DNA of 64,000 nt from Candidatus Latescibacterota bacterium. GTDB lineage: Bacteria > Latescibacterota > UBA2968. Location: NCBI GenBank assembly GCA_965232265.1, contig CBDDPH010000002.1:1176290-1240289 (forward strand), in the 5' to 3' direction. The position numbers were made by a program, and so were the translations under genes. Position 1 is the first letter of the stretch, and each line of letters begins with the position of its first letter. The notes under the pieces are model-generated. The model did not search any database, was not told the DNA's origin, and worked only from the letters and a program-made list of their open reading frames with translations. Shown piece by piece: positions 1-10,227 of this stretch.

Positions 1-237
1 GCCAATCCATTCATCTGCCCGTTTGTGGTATTTGTCATTCCCCGTCAGCGTACCCAATGCATCCAGCACCCGCAAAAAATTCTGCTGACACGCGAGATTG
101 GAAAGCATATTTCCCTCCCAAATCAGCGGCTGTGCGGTCGATAGATCGAGACCGTCTGCCAGCATTGCGCCATTTTTGTGTGTACAATGCGCGAATACTT
201 CCTGTACGTGCTTATCTACCGCATCGATAAATCCCAT
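1..237 (-). CDS. N-terminus of a PL2-family (pectate lyase/PelW-like) protein; runs off the window edge
   Basis: Translated by hand: ATG at 237 with AAGGAG RBS; MGFIDAVDKHVQEVFAH...MLADGLDLSTAQPLIWEGNMLSNLACQQNFLRVLDAL resembles the PL2 'LADG...SNFASQQNWLR' motif. Confidence 0.55.
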   Translation of the reverse strand, partial: MGFIDAVDKHVQEVFAHCTHKNGAMLADGLDLSTAQPLIWEGNMLSNLACQQNFLRVLDALGTLTGNDKYHKRADEWIG

Positions 238-518
238 GATTGATCTCCTTGTGTTGGTTAAACCAATTATAGCTCCAATAGACCAAATATCAAAGTGCTC
301 GTACATCCGCTCAACAATCAACTTGACATTGTTTGCCACAGCAAGCATAAATTAGAAGGGTGAAGTGTAATGGGGGAAGTGTGATATGATGTATCAGCCT
401 CTGGAGGATTGGGCGGGGCCTTCTCACTTCAAACTTCTTACTTCATCGGGGTGTTGGGTGGTTTTCTCATTGCCGTTTGAAACGGCAATCTACTTCAAAC
501 TTCTTTTGGAGGAATCAC

Positions 519-1469
519 ATGTTAAAAGCCGGATTTATCGGAGCTGGAAATCGCAGCCAGGGCGCGCATTATCCAAATGTCCATCGCCTGGAGCGTGATG
601 TCGAGATGTGCGCGGTTTGCGAACTCGATGAAGAACGCCTGGATCAGGTTGCAAAAAAATACGAGTTTCCGCAAGCATATACAGATCACAAAAAGATGCT
701 CGACGAAGCCGATCTCGATATCATCTATTGCGTTATGAATGAAAAATGGATTTTGCAGACGGCGATTGATTGCATGAATGCGGGCAAACACATTTTTATT
801 GAAAAGCCACCTGGCGCCAATCTCGAAGAGACCGAGCAGTTGCTCGAGGCGGCGGTGTCCAACAATGTGTTCGCCGCGGTCGGGTTCCAGCGGCGCTATA
901 CCGCGGTTACGCGCGAGGCTATGCGTCTGGTAGCAGAAAAGGGGCCCGTTTCATCCATTGTAACGACATTCAACAAACAGATGCTCGGTGGCGATGGCAA
1001 AGAATTTACTTCTACGCTGTGGAATGATGTCTGCCATATTGTCGATCTCACGCGCTATATGGCCGGGAGCGAACCCGTGGAAGTGACCGCCTATCAGGAT
1101 AAATTTGGCGGGGAGAGCTATAATAATTACACGGCTCTCGTACGTTTTGAGAATAACGCAACCGCCACCATCCATGGCAATCGCGCTTCTGGTGGGCGCG
1201 TGTTGCGCTCTGAACTACACGGTGTGGGTATTGGGTGTTATATGAAGATTCCCCAGGAGATCGAGATTCACGAAGACAATCAGGTGCGTACTCTGGGGGG
1301 ATGGGAAGTTGATGGCGTGGAAGAGGAAGATGTCGCCAGTTACGAGGGTGTTTTGACCATGCACCAGCATTTTGTCGATTGTATCAATAAAAACGAGTTG
1401 CCGCACAACGACCTGCGAGATGTTATCCATTCCATCCGTCTGGTGGATCAGCTCGAAGCAAAAGAATAA
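519..1469 (+). CDS. Gfo/Idh/MocA family oxidoreductase
   Basis: GFIGAG Rossmann motif, GKHIFIEKP and GFQRRY; ATG at 519 follows a GGAGG RBS. Confidence 0.9.
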   Translation: MLKAGFIGAGNRSQGAHYPNVHRLERDVEMCAVCELDEERLDQVAKKYEFPQAYTDHKKMLDEADLDIIYCVMNEKWILQTAIDCMNAGKHIFIEKPPGANLEETEQLLEAAVSNNVFAAVGFQRRYTAVTREAMRLVAEKGPVSSIVTTFNKQMLGGDGKEFTSTLWNDVCHIVDLTRYMAGSEPVEVTAYQDKFGGESYNNYTALVRFENNATATIHGNRASGGRVLRSELHGVGIGCYMKIPQEIEIHEDNQVRTLGGWEVDGVEEEDVASYEGVLTMHQHFVDCINKNELPHNDLRDVIHSIRLVDQLEAKE

Positions 1470-1489
1470 ATGAGGTCAACGGGAGTAAA

Positions 1490-1572
1490 AAACGCATATC
1501 TACCAGAAAGCGCACCGTTACTCGCTGGTCATCTATCCCCGAGGCCACCCCTTCGATATAGGTCATTCCCAT
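1490..1572 (-). pseudogene. Truncated clan AA aspartic protease (AF_0612-like) remnant
   Basis: MGMTYIEGVASGIDDQRVTVRFLVD breaks off at the catalytic Asp, with no (T/S)GA following. Confidence 0.5.
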
Positions 1573-1662
1573 CGGCTGTTCCTCCATTTTACTGTACCCA
1601 ATAGTATTGTCCAAAATATTGGTACTCAAACATCAAAGATAGAGCGCGAAAAGTCAAGGGAT

Positions 1663-2634
1663 CTAATGAATAAAGGTCGCCGCAGCCTCCAATACCTCGA
1701 TCCCCGCATTCTTTTTGTACGCGTTTTCGCTGATGTATCGCCGCCAGGTTTTTGCACCCGGTACGCCAGCGAATAGCCCTATGAGATGCCGCGCAATATG
1801 GTGCAATCGCGTACCGCGCTCGATTTGATCGGAGATATAGGGCAAATACGCCTGCAGAATTTCATGCCGAGAAGGTATTGGGCGCGTCTCACCGAAGAAC
1901 CGATGGTCGGCATCGGATAGAAAATAGGGGTTTGAATAGGCTTCCCGCCCGACCATCACGCCATCCACACGCGCCAGATGCGCGGCGGCTTCGTCGAGCG
2001 ACGTTATTCCCCCGTTGATTACGACCTCCAGATCTGGGAAGTCGCGTTTGATGCGATAGACCACCTCGTAAGACAATGGGGGGATTTCTCTGTTTTCTTT
2101 GGGGCTCAGACCCTGAAGCCATGCTTTGCGCGCGTGAAACGCAAAGATACGGCCTCCCGATTCGGCAACGGTCTGGACAAAATGCACCAGTTCTTCGTAA
2201 GAGTCGCGATTGTCAACGCCAATTCGCGTTTTTACGGTTACGGGAATATTTACCGCGTCGCGCATTGCGCCTACACCATCGCGCACCCGTTCGGGTTCTT
2301 TCATCAAGTACGCACCAAAAAGCCCCGATTGTACGCGGTCACTCGGGCATCCCACATTCAGATTGATCTCATCATATCCCCAGTCTTCCCCCACTTTGGC
2401 GCACAGTGCGAGGTCGGAGGGGTCGCTTCCGCCCAGTTGCAGTGCTATGGGATGTTCAATCGGATCAAATCCCAATAAACGCGTGCGGTCGCCGTGTATG
2501 ATTGCGCCGGTGGCAACCATTTCGGTATATAGCAAAACCCGTTGGGTGATCAGGCGCAAAAAATACCGCTCGTGCCGGTCTGTGCAATCCATCATGGGCG
2601 CGATTGAAAATCGCCTGCTCTGTCCAATAGCCAT
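1663..2634 (-). CDS. dusA: tRNA dihydrouridine synthase DusA
   Basis: SIAPMMDCTDRH, NLNVGCPSDRV, HARKAWLQGLSPKENREIPPL. Confidence 0.95.
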   Translation of the reverse strand: MAIGQSRRFSIAPMMDCTDRHERYFLRLITQRVLLYTEMVATGAIIHGDRTRLLGFDPIEHPIALQLGGSDPSDLALCAKVGEDWGYDEINLNVGCPSDRVQSGLFGAYLMKEPERVRDGVGAMRDAVNIPVTVKTRIGVDNRDSYEELVHFVQTVAESGGRIFAFHARKAWLQGLSPKENREIPPLSYEVVYRIKRDFPDLEVVINGGITSLDEAAAHLARVDGVMVGREAYSNPYFLSDADHRFFGETRPIPSRHEILQAYLPYISDQIERGTRLHHIARHLIGLFAGVPGAKTWRRYISENAYKKNAGIEVLEAAATFIH

Positions 2635-2705
2635 AGAAAATCCCATAAAAAAAACGAGTCGATCACAAGGGCAACCGACTCGTTTTGAATTAACACCCGT
2701 GTTTA

Positions 2706-3851
2706 TCATGCATAATCGGGCAGCCCGACTTCACTTGCATTGACAATACTGGGGGCTGCCTGCGGGGGATTGTCGCCGAGGAAGGGCAACACATCGTCCG
2801 GATCTTGCCACGCGCCATACCCATTCAAAACACCGGCCACATTCGAGGCCGCCAGAATGGCCATTCCCGAACGGGTCCATATCGTCGCCGATGCAATATG
2901 GGGTACAATGACCACATTGGGCAACTCTTTGAGCCCGGGTTTCATCAGGGGTTCGTCTTCAAACACATCCAGGCCGACTTTGAAATCGGGATGGGTTTTG
3001 CAGTGTTCGACCAGGGCGACTTCGTCGATGACCGGACCGCGGCTGGCGTTGATGAGTATCGCATTGTCCTTCATCAGTGAAAGACGCTCGGTATTCATCA
3101 AGTGGAAGGTGGTGTCATCTAATAGCGGATGTAAGCTGACCACGTCTGCAACCCGCAACACGTCTTCAACCGAGTCCAAACGCCGACACGTCACGGGGTC
3201 ATCGCCTTGAGATTTTAAGAACTCGCCATAAGCCGCCATATAATTTTCCATATATTCATTGGGATACGGATCAAAATAAACCACGTTCATCTTGAACCCT
3301 TCGGACATCATTTTGGCATACGCACAGCCGATGCGACCAGCGCCGATTACGCCGACTGTTTTCCCGGTCATCAATTCGCCCAGATAAAGCGTGGGCAACC
3401 AGCCGAGATATTTTTCGGCGCGCATAAAAGCATCGGCTTCGATTACCCGACGCGCCGCTGAAAAGGTGAGGGAGACGGCCATTTCCGCGGTGGTCTCGGT
3501 CAATACGCCCGGGGTATTGCCCACCGGTATGCCGTATTTCGTCGCCACGCCAACATCCACATTATTGTATCCCACGGCATAGTTGGAATACGCTTTGCCG
3601 CCTGCATTCTTGAGGACGGTAAACAGTTCTTCGCCCCACTTTTCCGTCAACTGCCCGATCACGCCATCGCATTGGTCGCCGATTTTGTCTGCGATTTCTT
3701 CGACACTCAAAATTTCTGTCGATGTGCCAATCTCTACGCGGCAATCAGCCGCCGTGAGTATCTCAAGCCAGCGGTCGCCGGGCAATTCTTTGGTTACGAC
3801 GACGCGCTTGCCGCCCGATTCGTTATGTGTTCTCCAGTCATTGGTGCTCAA
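2706..3851 (-). CDS. Hydroxypyruvate reductase / D-glycerate dehydrogenase, plant HPR1-like
   Basis: GVIGAGRIG, NASRGPVIDE, LDVFEDEP, PHIASA; N-terminal CDGVIGQLTE-W block as in plant HPR1. Confidence 0.9.
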   Translation of the reverse strand: MSTNDWRTHNESGGKRVVVTKELPGDRWLEILTAADCRVEIGTSTEILSVEEIADKIGDQCDGVIGQLTEKWGEELFTVLKNAGGKAYSNYAVGYNNVDVGVATKYGIPVGNTPGVLTETTAEMAVSLTFSAARRVIEADAFMRAEKYLGWLPTLYLGELMTGKTVGVIGAGRIGCAYAKMMSEGFKMNVVYFDPYPNEYMENYMAAYGEFLKSQGDDPVTCRRLDSVEDVLRVADVVSLHPLLDDTTFHLMNTERLSLMKDNAILINASRGPVIDEVALVEHCKTHPDFKVGLDVFEDEPLMKPGLKELPNVVIVPHIASATIWTRSGMAILAASNVAGVLNGYGAWQDPDDVLPFLGDNPPQAAPSIVNASEVGLPDYA

Positions 3852-3926
3852 AATACATCCTCCTTGAATTATGCGTTCTGTTCAGAAAATTGCGAGTGCG
3901 AAATATAACCAATCAAAGTGTTGGTT

Positions 3927-4130
3927 TCAAGTAATTCTCGTTGAATATTCGGATATATCGGACACACTACGGTGGTTGACCATAATCAGTTCAGGTGCTG
4001 TGTCCAGCATGATTTCTTCAAATTCGTCGAGACTGGGGGCTTCAATATGCAAGCCCTCAATATCGCTTTGGGCATAGAAGACCTGCGCTTCATTATCCCA
4101 GATAGCCTCTACTGTAAAAGTGCGCTTCAT
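3927..4130 (-). CDS. DUF1902-like (HicB-fold) small protein
   Basis: VEAIWDNEAQVFYAQSDIEGLHIEAPSLDEF; GAGGAG RBS. Confidence 0.7.
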   Translation of the reverse strand: MKRTFTVEAIWDNEAQVFYAQSDIEGLHIEAPSLDEFEEIMLDTAPELIMVNHRSVSDISEYSTRIT

Positions 4131-4178
4131 ATCTGTGCTCCTCATGATGCGGTTGCGCGGCATAGATACTCATTGCTG

Positions 4179-7100
4179 TCAATCAGCATCGGTATCTCGA
4201 TAGGGCAACGGGCGGTCTTTGCGTTGCTCGCGTTGCCATGCGACCGGATCTTTTATGTCGGCGAAAGTACCTTTTTCTGCCACAGGCGCGATATCCAGAA
4301 CCTCGCGGTCGAGTTTGGGGGGTGTTCCTTTGCCATTGAGCCAGTAGTCAGCCATTTTTTTGGCAGCGGCCATCTTGGGCCAGATCACTTCGCGGTAGCC
4401 CCGCACGTCGTCGGGCAGGCGCAATGCTTTCACATAAGTATCGTATCGCTCTGTACTGTCAAAATCAAAATTATCAACCAGATCGATATACCAGTTTCGA
4501 TAGTTTTTTTCCTCGCGGTGCCAGGCCGGAAGCCTGCGTAAAAAGCGCGCCCGTTTCATGAGATTGAGCATCCAGTCGCGGGTTTGAATATCGAATCTGA
4601 TGTCCAGCCCCAGCACGGTGAAATGCGGCCGGGTTAAATGCCTGTAAGAGATCCGGTCGCCGCGACCGGGATCGACATCATAACGCATGCGATCTCGGCG
4701 ATACTTTTCTTCGCTCGTCAATAGATGTGCCACATAGATTTCATCTTTATAGGCCATCACGCGCGCGAGAAAGCGCACCGCAGCATCGGTTGCGCGATAT
4801 TGATATTGGGCATTATCGCGGTCGTAAATTCTTTTTACGCGGACGACATAAGATTGCGCGTATTCGACGCCGCCCCATTGAATGAGATCGTAAACACCGA
4901 GGGCAAATTGCAATTTTGTCGCGTCAGAAAGTGACCAGTCTGCGACGGTCTCTGAGAGGGTGCGATAGGTTTCGGCCAATTTGTCGCCCCGCGTTTTTGC
5001 CAAAATTTCCGCTTTGTCGTCAATGAGATCCCTGTATGTGGTTACGAGTTTGGGTTTGAAAAATGCATCGGGATCCAACGCGGCTTTGCGCCCCATTTCA
5101 AATGCTTTGAGATTGGCTTCGAGTTCATTCGATTTGATATTTTGCTTCATCGCCCAGCGGATATTTTCCAGCGTGAGGGGCAGTGCCCCCCGTTGAAATG
5201 CCGCGCCCAGCAAGATGCTGTTGGCGTAGATTTTGTTGCCCAGGTATCGTTCAGAGATTTCGCCGAGGTCCATCCCAAAATACGTGTCGGGATTGGTATA
5301 ACGCCGCAACATATCCTCCAGATGATCTGTATCAAAATCGTCTCGTCCAATCATAGACAAAATGGTTTCGCGTTTGCCGGTTTCCACGACGGCTGTGGTG
5401 CGCTGAGGGCTGCCCACGCGACCGGTTCCATTCGGATCTAATCCGCGTACGGCCTCCAGAATGTCCAATCCCAATAGCAAGTCTGCATGTCCATAGGGCG
5501 TCAACTGCGAAATTACCCGCTCGTCTTTGGTAAAACTGACGTGCGAATACACGCCGCCATTGCGGATAGCCAGTCCCTTTTTGTTGGTAAATCGAACGGT
5601 ATATCCCTGTTTCGCGCCTGCAACGGCGATAATCGCAGAGATGGTATTGATGCCCATGCCGCCTACACCGGCCACATAAGCGTACCACGCCGTATCAAAG
5701 TCGCGGCATTCGGGTTCGGGAATATTCGATAGATCAATCGACTCGGTTTGTACTTCGGGCGCGTGCGATCGATGAATTGTCAGGCTTTCAAAAGAGGGAC
5801 ACGTTTTATCGCCATTGGCTACTTCGACCTTTGTACACGCCCCGTCGGCAACGCACAAAGATAGATCGGTCGCGACCTTTGGACCGTGGAGCGATTCTTC
5901 TACGGTCAAGCCGCTGCATCCGGTTGCTTGCGTGCATTCCAGACAATATTCGCAGACTTCTGGCGTGATGTTGATGTGGGTTTCTTCTGACAGAAATCCC
6001 TTTTCCCGAACGGTCTGAATCTGCTCTGCACGCACGCGACGGTGATATGTGATACCGCACTCTTTGTCGGCAATGACAATTTTGACGCCATCTTCTATAA
6101 GTGCTCGCTCCAAGACATCGCGATACGCCTCCCGATTTTCCGGATTCATGCGGGCGACCATCACCGGGCCATTTGTACCGCCCCCCAAACCGCGCACGAC
6201 CTGTTCGATATCCTGCGCAAAGGTCGGGCGTCCCATCAGGTCGATATCTACGCCTGGCGTGGGCTGATGCCCCGTCATTGCCGTGGTCTTATTATCTAAA
6301 ATGACATAAGTAATGTCTTGCCCGTGTTTAATCGAATCGGAAATCGCCGCCATTCCGCTGTGGAAAAATGTCGAATCGCCCATGAATACGAGTTGTTTGT
6401 TGTCGATAAAAGGATCGATACCCGCACCCGTGCCACCGCCGAGTCCCATTCCCGACAAATTGTGCATCAGCCGGTTGAATGGCTCGTATTTCAGCAGGGA
6501 ATAACACCCGATATCGCCGTGAAAAATCAGATCCGTCGGATCTGTGCCGTGTTTGCGCTGCATGTAATCGCCATCTTGAAAATCGTCGATCATCTTGTCC
6601 AGCACACTGGCCGAATCGCGGTGCGGGCAGCCCGGGCAAAACGAGGGTGTGCGAACCGACGCGCTCAGGTCATAAGTTTCTGTCTGAGCCATCAGGGCGA
6701 CAACGGCGTCAATGCGCCTAACATCTACGGGTACTGTGGGGTCGTCCAGCGATTTCAACACGGGGGCCAGTACATTGAGTGTGATGCTCGGGTTCAGGCC
6801 ACAACTGTCGGGAAAACCGCGTCCATGGGGAAATCGTTTGCCCCATATCCGGAACGCATTTGTTTTGCCGGCTTGATACAGGTTTTGCAAGGCCGTGGCA
6901 ATTTGTTCTTCCAGAAAACCGCGTTTTTCTTCCACCACGTAAATTTCATCGACCAGGTCCGCAAATTCGCGCAAAATCTCCGAATCAATCGGATGCGTAA
7001 TCCCGTATTTCAAAATGGGAATGCTGCCCCCCAACCCAACCATATTGAGCGCGTGTTCCAAATAACAATAGGCCAAACTGCTGGTGACAAAGCCGATCCG

Positions 7101-7871
7101 CTTTTTGCCAGAGTCTGGCCGGTATAAAATTCGATTCAACTCGTATTCTTTTGCGAGGGTGAGCAGCTTGGGAAAACGCTGCTCGAGGACCTCCTTTTCT
7201 TTTATTACAGTATGTGGCGGAATGATCACCCGATCATCTGGAGAAATCGTCTGTGGATCCAAGCGGACGGGCTGGTTAAATGTTTTTTCGGGAAATTGGT
7301 TTGCGTGTACTTTGACCGTGCCCCCGCCATCTGCCTGATTGGATGTCACGAGGTAGGCGATATAAAGCCGGGTCTTTTCCGACAGTTCAAAGGCGACTTT
7401 GATCCAGTCTTTCATTTCCTGAAAGGTGCTGGGTTCAAATACGGGCATGTACAGATGTTTGGCGATAAAGCGAGAATCCGCGGGCACCTGCGTACCCTCA
7501 GACCACGTATCATCGCCAAATACGGCAACCGCAGCAGCACCTTCTCCCGTCCCGGCCATATTGCCCAGTGCCAGCGCGTCTGAAGCGACGTGCGCGCCCA
7601 CGCTTTTCATGACTGCGATGGCGCGAATGGCTTCCATCTGCGCCCCATTGAGGCGTGCAGCCCCAAGAGCCTCGTTGTTGGCAATTTGCACCATCACGCC
7701 TTTTTCGACCAACAACTCACGGATGCGCTCTGCCGCATCGAATACTTCTGCCACGGGTGAACCGGGATAGCCCGTCATCAATCCCATGCCGCCTTCGAGG
7801 CTACCCTTGACGATCAGTTCATTGCCCGTAAAAATACCCGTGCCTTTTTCAAATGTAAATCGAGGATCCAT
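4179..7871 (-). CDS. Fused indolepyruvate:ferredoxin oxidoreductase family protein (single chain)
   Basis: TGYPGSP, FCPGCPH, GDIGC, GDSTFFHSG..DN TPP motif, ferredoxin Cys cluster, AGVGGMG, YKDEIYVA C-terminal domain. Confidence 0.9.
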   Translation of the reverse strand: MDPRFTFEKGTGIFTGNELIVKGSLEGGMGLMTGYPGSPVAEVFDAAERIRELLVEKGVMVQIANNEALGAARLNGAQMEAIRAIAVMKSVGAHVASDALALGNMAGTGEGAAAVAVFGDDTWSEGTQVPADSRFIAKHLYMPVFEPSTFQEMKDWIKVAFELSEKTRLYIAYLVTSNQADGGGTVKVHANQFPEKTFNQPVRLDPQTISPDDRVIIPPHTVIKEKEVLEQRFPKLLTLAKEYELNRILYRPDSGKKRIGFVTSSLAYCYLEHALNMVGLGGSIPILKYGITHPIDSEILREFADLVDEIYVVEEKRGFLEEQIATALQNLYQAGKTNAFRIWGKRFPHGRGFPDSCGLNPSITLNVLAPVLKSLDDPTVPVDVRRIDAVVALMAQTETYDLSASVRTPSFCPGCPHRDSASVLDKMIDDFQDGDYMQRKHGTDPTDLIFHGDIGCYSLLKYEPFNRLMHNLSGMGLGGGTGAGIDPFIDNKQLVFMGDSTFFHSGMAAISDSIKHGQDITYVILDNKTTAMTGHQPTPGVDIDLMGRPTFAQDIEQVVRGLGGGTNGPVMVARMNPENREAYRDVLERALIEDGVKIVIADKECGITYHRRVRAEQIQTVREKGFLSEETHINITPEVCEYCLECTQATGCSGLTVEESLHGPKVATDLSLCVADGACTKVEVANGDKTCPSFESLTIHRSHAPEVQTESIDLSNIPEPECRDFDTAWYAYVAGVGGMGINTISAIIAVAGAKQGYTVRFTNKKGLAIRNGGVYSHVSFTKDERVISQLTPYGHADLLLGLDILEAVRGLDPNGTGRVGSPQRTTAVVETGKRETILSMIGRDDFDTDHLEDMLRRYTNPDTYFGMDLGEISERYLGNKIYANSILLGAAFQRGALPLTLENIRWAMKQNIKSNELEANLKAFEMGRKAALDPDAFFKPKLVTTYRDLIDDKAEILAKTRGDKLAETYRTLSETVADWSLSDATKLQFALGVYDLIQWGGVEYAQSYVVRVKRIYDRDNAQYQYRATDAAVRFLARVMAYKDEIYVAHLLTSEEKYRRDRMRYDVDPGRGDRISYRHLTRPHFTVLGLDIRFDIQTRDWMLNLMKRARFLRRLPAWHREEKNYRNWYIDLVDNFDFDSTERYDTYVKALRLPDDVRGYREVIWPKMAAAKKMADYWLNGKGTPPKLDREVLDIAPVAEKGTFADIKDPVAWQREQRKDRPLPYRDTDAD

Positions 7872-7880
7872 CGATATCCT

Positions 7881-9257
7881 TTAAAATGCCGTGCTTTGCC
7901 AGTTGGGATTGTAGAGTTCACCCGACATGGTCGAATGCACCAGTTCGTAAACACCGGTTCCTCGGCGATCAAAAAATACAAAAATATATCGTCCCGACTT
8001 TTCGTAAGTCCAGGTATCTATGGCTTTTCCTATCGCAGCCGATGTGGTATAGTCGCGCTCGCTGGGCGGGCCGTATTTGATATAAACACGGCCTTTGTCT
8101 GTCTCTGCCCCCCGCTTGCCCGGTTGCGATGTGAACGTATCATCGGAGTATTTCATGCGATTGATATGGTCTCGAAGCCGTTCATTTAAGGGCGTCTTTG
8201 GCGTCGGATCCAGTTTTTTCCAAAATGCCCGCAGGAATTTCATTTTCGAATCCCGTGTTGGCAAAGACTCGTAAGTAGCGAGATCTTTTTCAGACGCAAT
8301 GTGATGAATGGTTTGAAAATATCGCAGTTGTTCCTGTTGTGCCTCTGTCAATTGTGGACTTTCATTTTCATCTGAAATGAGAAAGACTTTGCGTTTGTGA
8401 CGCACATGCTCGCGCGTGCTGCGGTCAAATAACTCGATTTGCAAATCGTACGCGCCGCCAGATAGTCCTTCTGTTTCCAGAACTTCTGTTTTTACCACGC
8501 TTTCGCCGGGCTTCATCAATCGCTTTGCCGGATACGATTTGACAACGACATCGGCGGTATCGAGCACACTGTATCCCAAAACAAATGAATCATTGGGATT
8601 GTCGGGCACGACCTTGAAGTTGTAAACCTCAAAGTAGATCTGTATCGGCTTGCCCACGCGGAAGAACCGCGTTGTATTGGGGACGACGCGCCATCCATTT
8701 TTGACAAAGCGCCCGGCAGATTCAGCCTTTTTGAGTTCTGAAGCGAATACCACATCGCTTACGACCAACTCTGTGCCCTCAAAATGGCGCACGCGCGTAT
8801 TCCCTTCACAGGTGCCTGAAATATCTCCGTAAATATCTTCGGCTGTCAGCGTCATTTTGTAGGGACCCGGCGCAATATCAACGGCGATGATATCGCGCAC
8901 CAGCGCGCCATTTTGTTTCAATTCTCGGATATTTGCCACCGAAACATTGCGCGTCCATAACTCTTGCACTGTGGGATTTCCCGCGGAATCTTGCAGAGAA
9001 AGTTCAAAGTCAATTTGGGATACGTATTTGCCATCTTCGGGTACAAATTGCAATTGCCGCGCATCGAGTAATGTATAGACTTCCAGGCGCGTGAGGTTTT
9101 GAGGCCCCCGAAATGCAGCGGTTTCGGCAAAAACGCGCAATTCGCCCTTTGAGCGCAAAGGCATATCTCGATATATCGGCGCATCTTCTTGCCCATAAGC
9201 CGTTGCCCAGCAAAAACAGGTGGCAACCAGTGCAACATACCATTTTATGGAACGCAT
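7881..9257 (-). CDS. Secreted GWxTD-domain protein
   Basis: Signal peptide; FWKKLDPTP...GAETDKGRVYIKYGPP. Confidence 0.85.
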   Translation of the reverse strand: MRSIKWYVALVATCFCWATAYGQEDAPIYRDMPLRSKGELRVFAETAAFRGPQNLTRLEVYTLLDARQLQFVPEDGKYVSQIDFELSLQDSAGNPTVQELWTRNVSVANIRELKQNGALVRDIIAVDIAPGPYKMTLTAEDIYGDISGTCEGNTRVRHFEGTELVVSDVVFASELKKAESAGRFVKNGWRVVPNTTRFFRVGKPIQIYFEVYNFKVVPDNPNDSFVLGYSVLDTADVVVKSYPAKRLMKPGESVVKTEVLETEGLSGGAYDLQIELFDRSTREHVRHKRKVFLISDENESPQLTEAQQEQLRYFQTIHHIASEKDLATYESLPTRDSKMKFLRAFWKKLDPTPKTPLNERLRDHINRMKYSDDTFTSQPGKRGAETDKGRVYIKYGPPSERDYTTSAAIGKAIDTWTYEKSGRYIFVFFDRRGTGVYELVHSTMSGELYNPNWQSTAF

Positions 9258-9342
9258 GACGATCCTCCAGGTGGATATACAACAATTCCCCGGCCGGAAT
9301 TTAAGACAGTATAAAGAGTTGAGAGAATGGAATCAAGGGTTA

Positions 9343-10227
9343 TCAAGCGACTTGATCCGCAGCATGGTAGGAACTACGCACCAGTGGGCCGGATTCGACA
9401 TGCCGAAAACCCAGCACGAGCGCGAATTGTTTGAGAGCCAGAAATTCATCGGGATGGTAAAAACGCGCCACAGGGACGTGTTGGGCAGACGGTTGTAAAT
9501 ATTGGCCTATTGTGAGAATATCTGTTTTGCAATCTGCGATATCTCGTATCGTTTGGCGCACCTCGACTGGGGTTTCGCCCGCACCGACCATAATGCCCGA
9601 TTTTGTGGGCATACCGCGTCCCATTGCTTTGGCCTGTTTCAAAAGTGTGAGTGACCTGTCGTATTTTGCCTGGGGACGCATAGTTTTATACAGGCGCGGC
9701 ACGGTTTCGACATTGTGGTTCAAGATATCGGGTGCTGCTTCTATGACCGCGCGCAATGCCCGCCAATTGCCCTGAAAATCTGGGATCAAGACCTCGACCT
9801 TTGTGTGTTGGCACAACCGCCGAATCGCATATATCGTTTCGGCAAAAATGCGTGCGCCCCCGTCCGGGAGTTCATCGCGATTTACAGAAGTGACCACAGC
9901 ATGCCGCAATCCCATCGTCTGCACGGCTCGGGCGACCCGTTCGGGTTCTTCGGTATCGAGGCCCTCAGGACGACCGGTTTTTACCGCGCAAAATCCACAA
10001 CTCCGCGTACACACATCTCCCAAAATCATAAATGTCGCCGTGCCCGAGTTCCAGCATTCGCCGATATTGGGACAGCGTGCACTTTCGCAGACTGTGTGGA
10101 GATTTAACCCGCGCATTAAGTTTTTCAATGCGCGGTATCCCTCGCTGCCCGGGGCGGGTACGCGAAACCATTCGGGTAATCGCCTTCGGCGCACAGGAGG
10201 CGCCGCAATGTCCATCAAACCATTCAT
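9343..10227 (-). CDS. lipA: Lipoyl synthase
   Basis: [28 protein letters not shown]. Confidence 0.97.
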   Translation of the reverse strand: MNGLMDIAAPPVRRRRLPEWFRVPAPGSEGYRALKNLMRGLNLHTVCESARCPNIGECWNSGTATFMILGDVCTRSCGFCAVKTGRPEGLDTEEPERVARAVQTMGLRHAVVTSVNRDELPDGGARIFAETIYAIRRLCQHTKVEVLIPDFQGNWRALRAVIEAAPDILNHNVETVPRLYKTMRPQAKYDRSLTLLKQAKAMGRGMPTKSGIMVGAGETPVEVRQTIRDIADCKTDILTIGQYLQPSAQHVPVARFYHPDEFLALKQFALVLGFRHVESGPLVRSSYHAADQVA

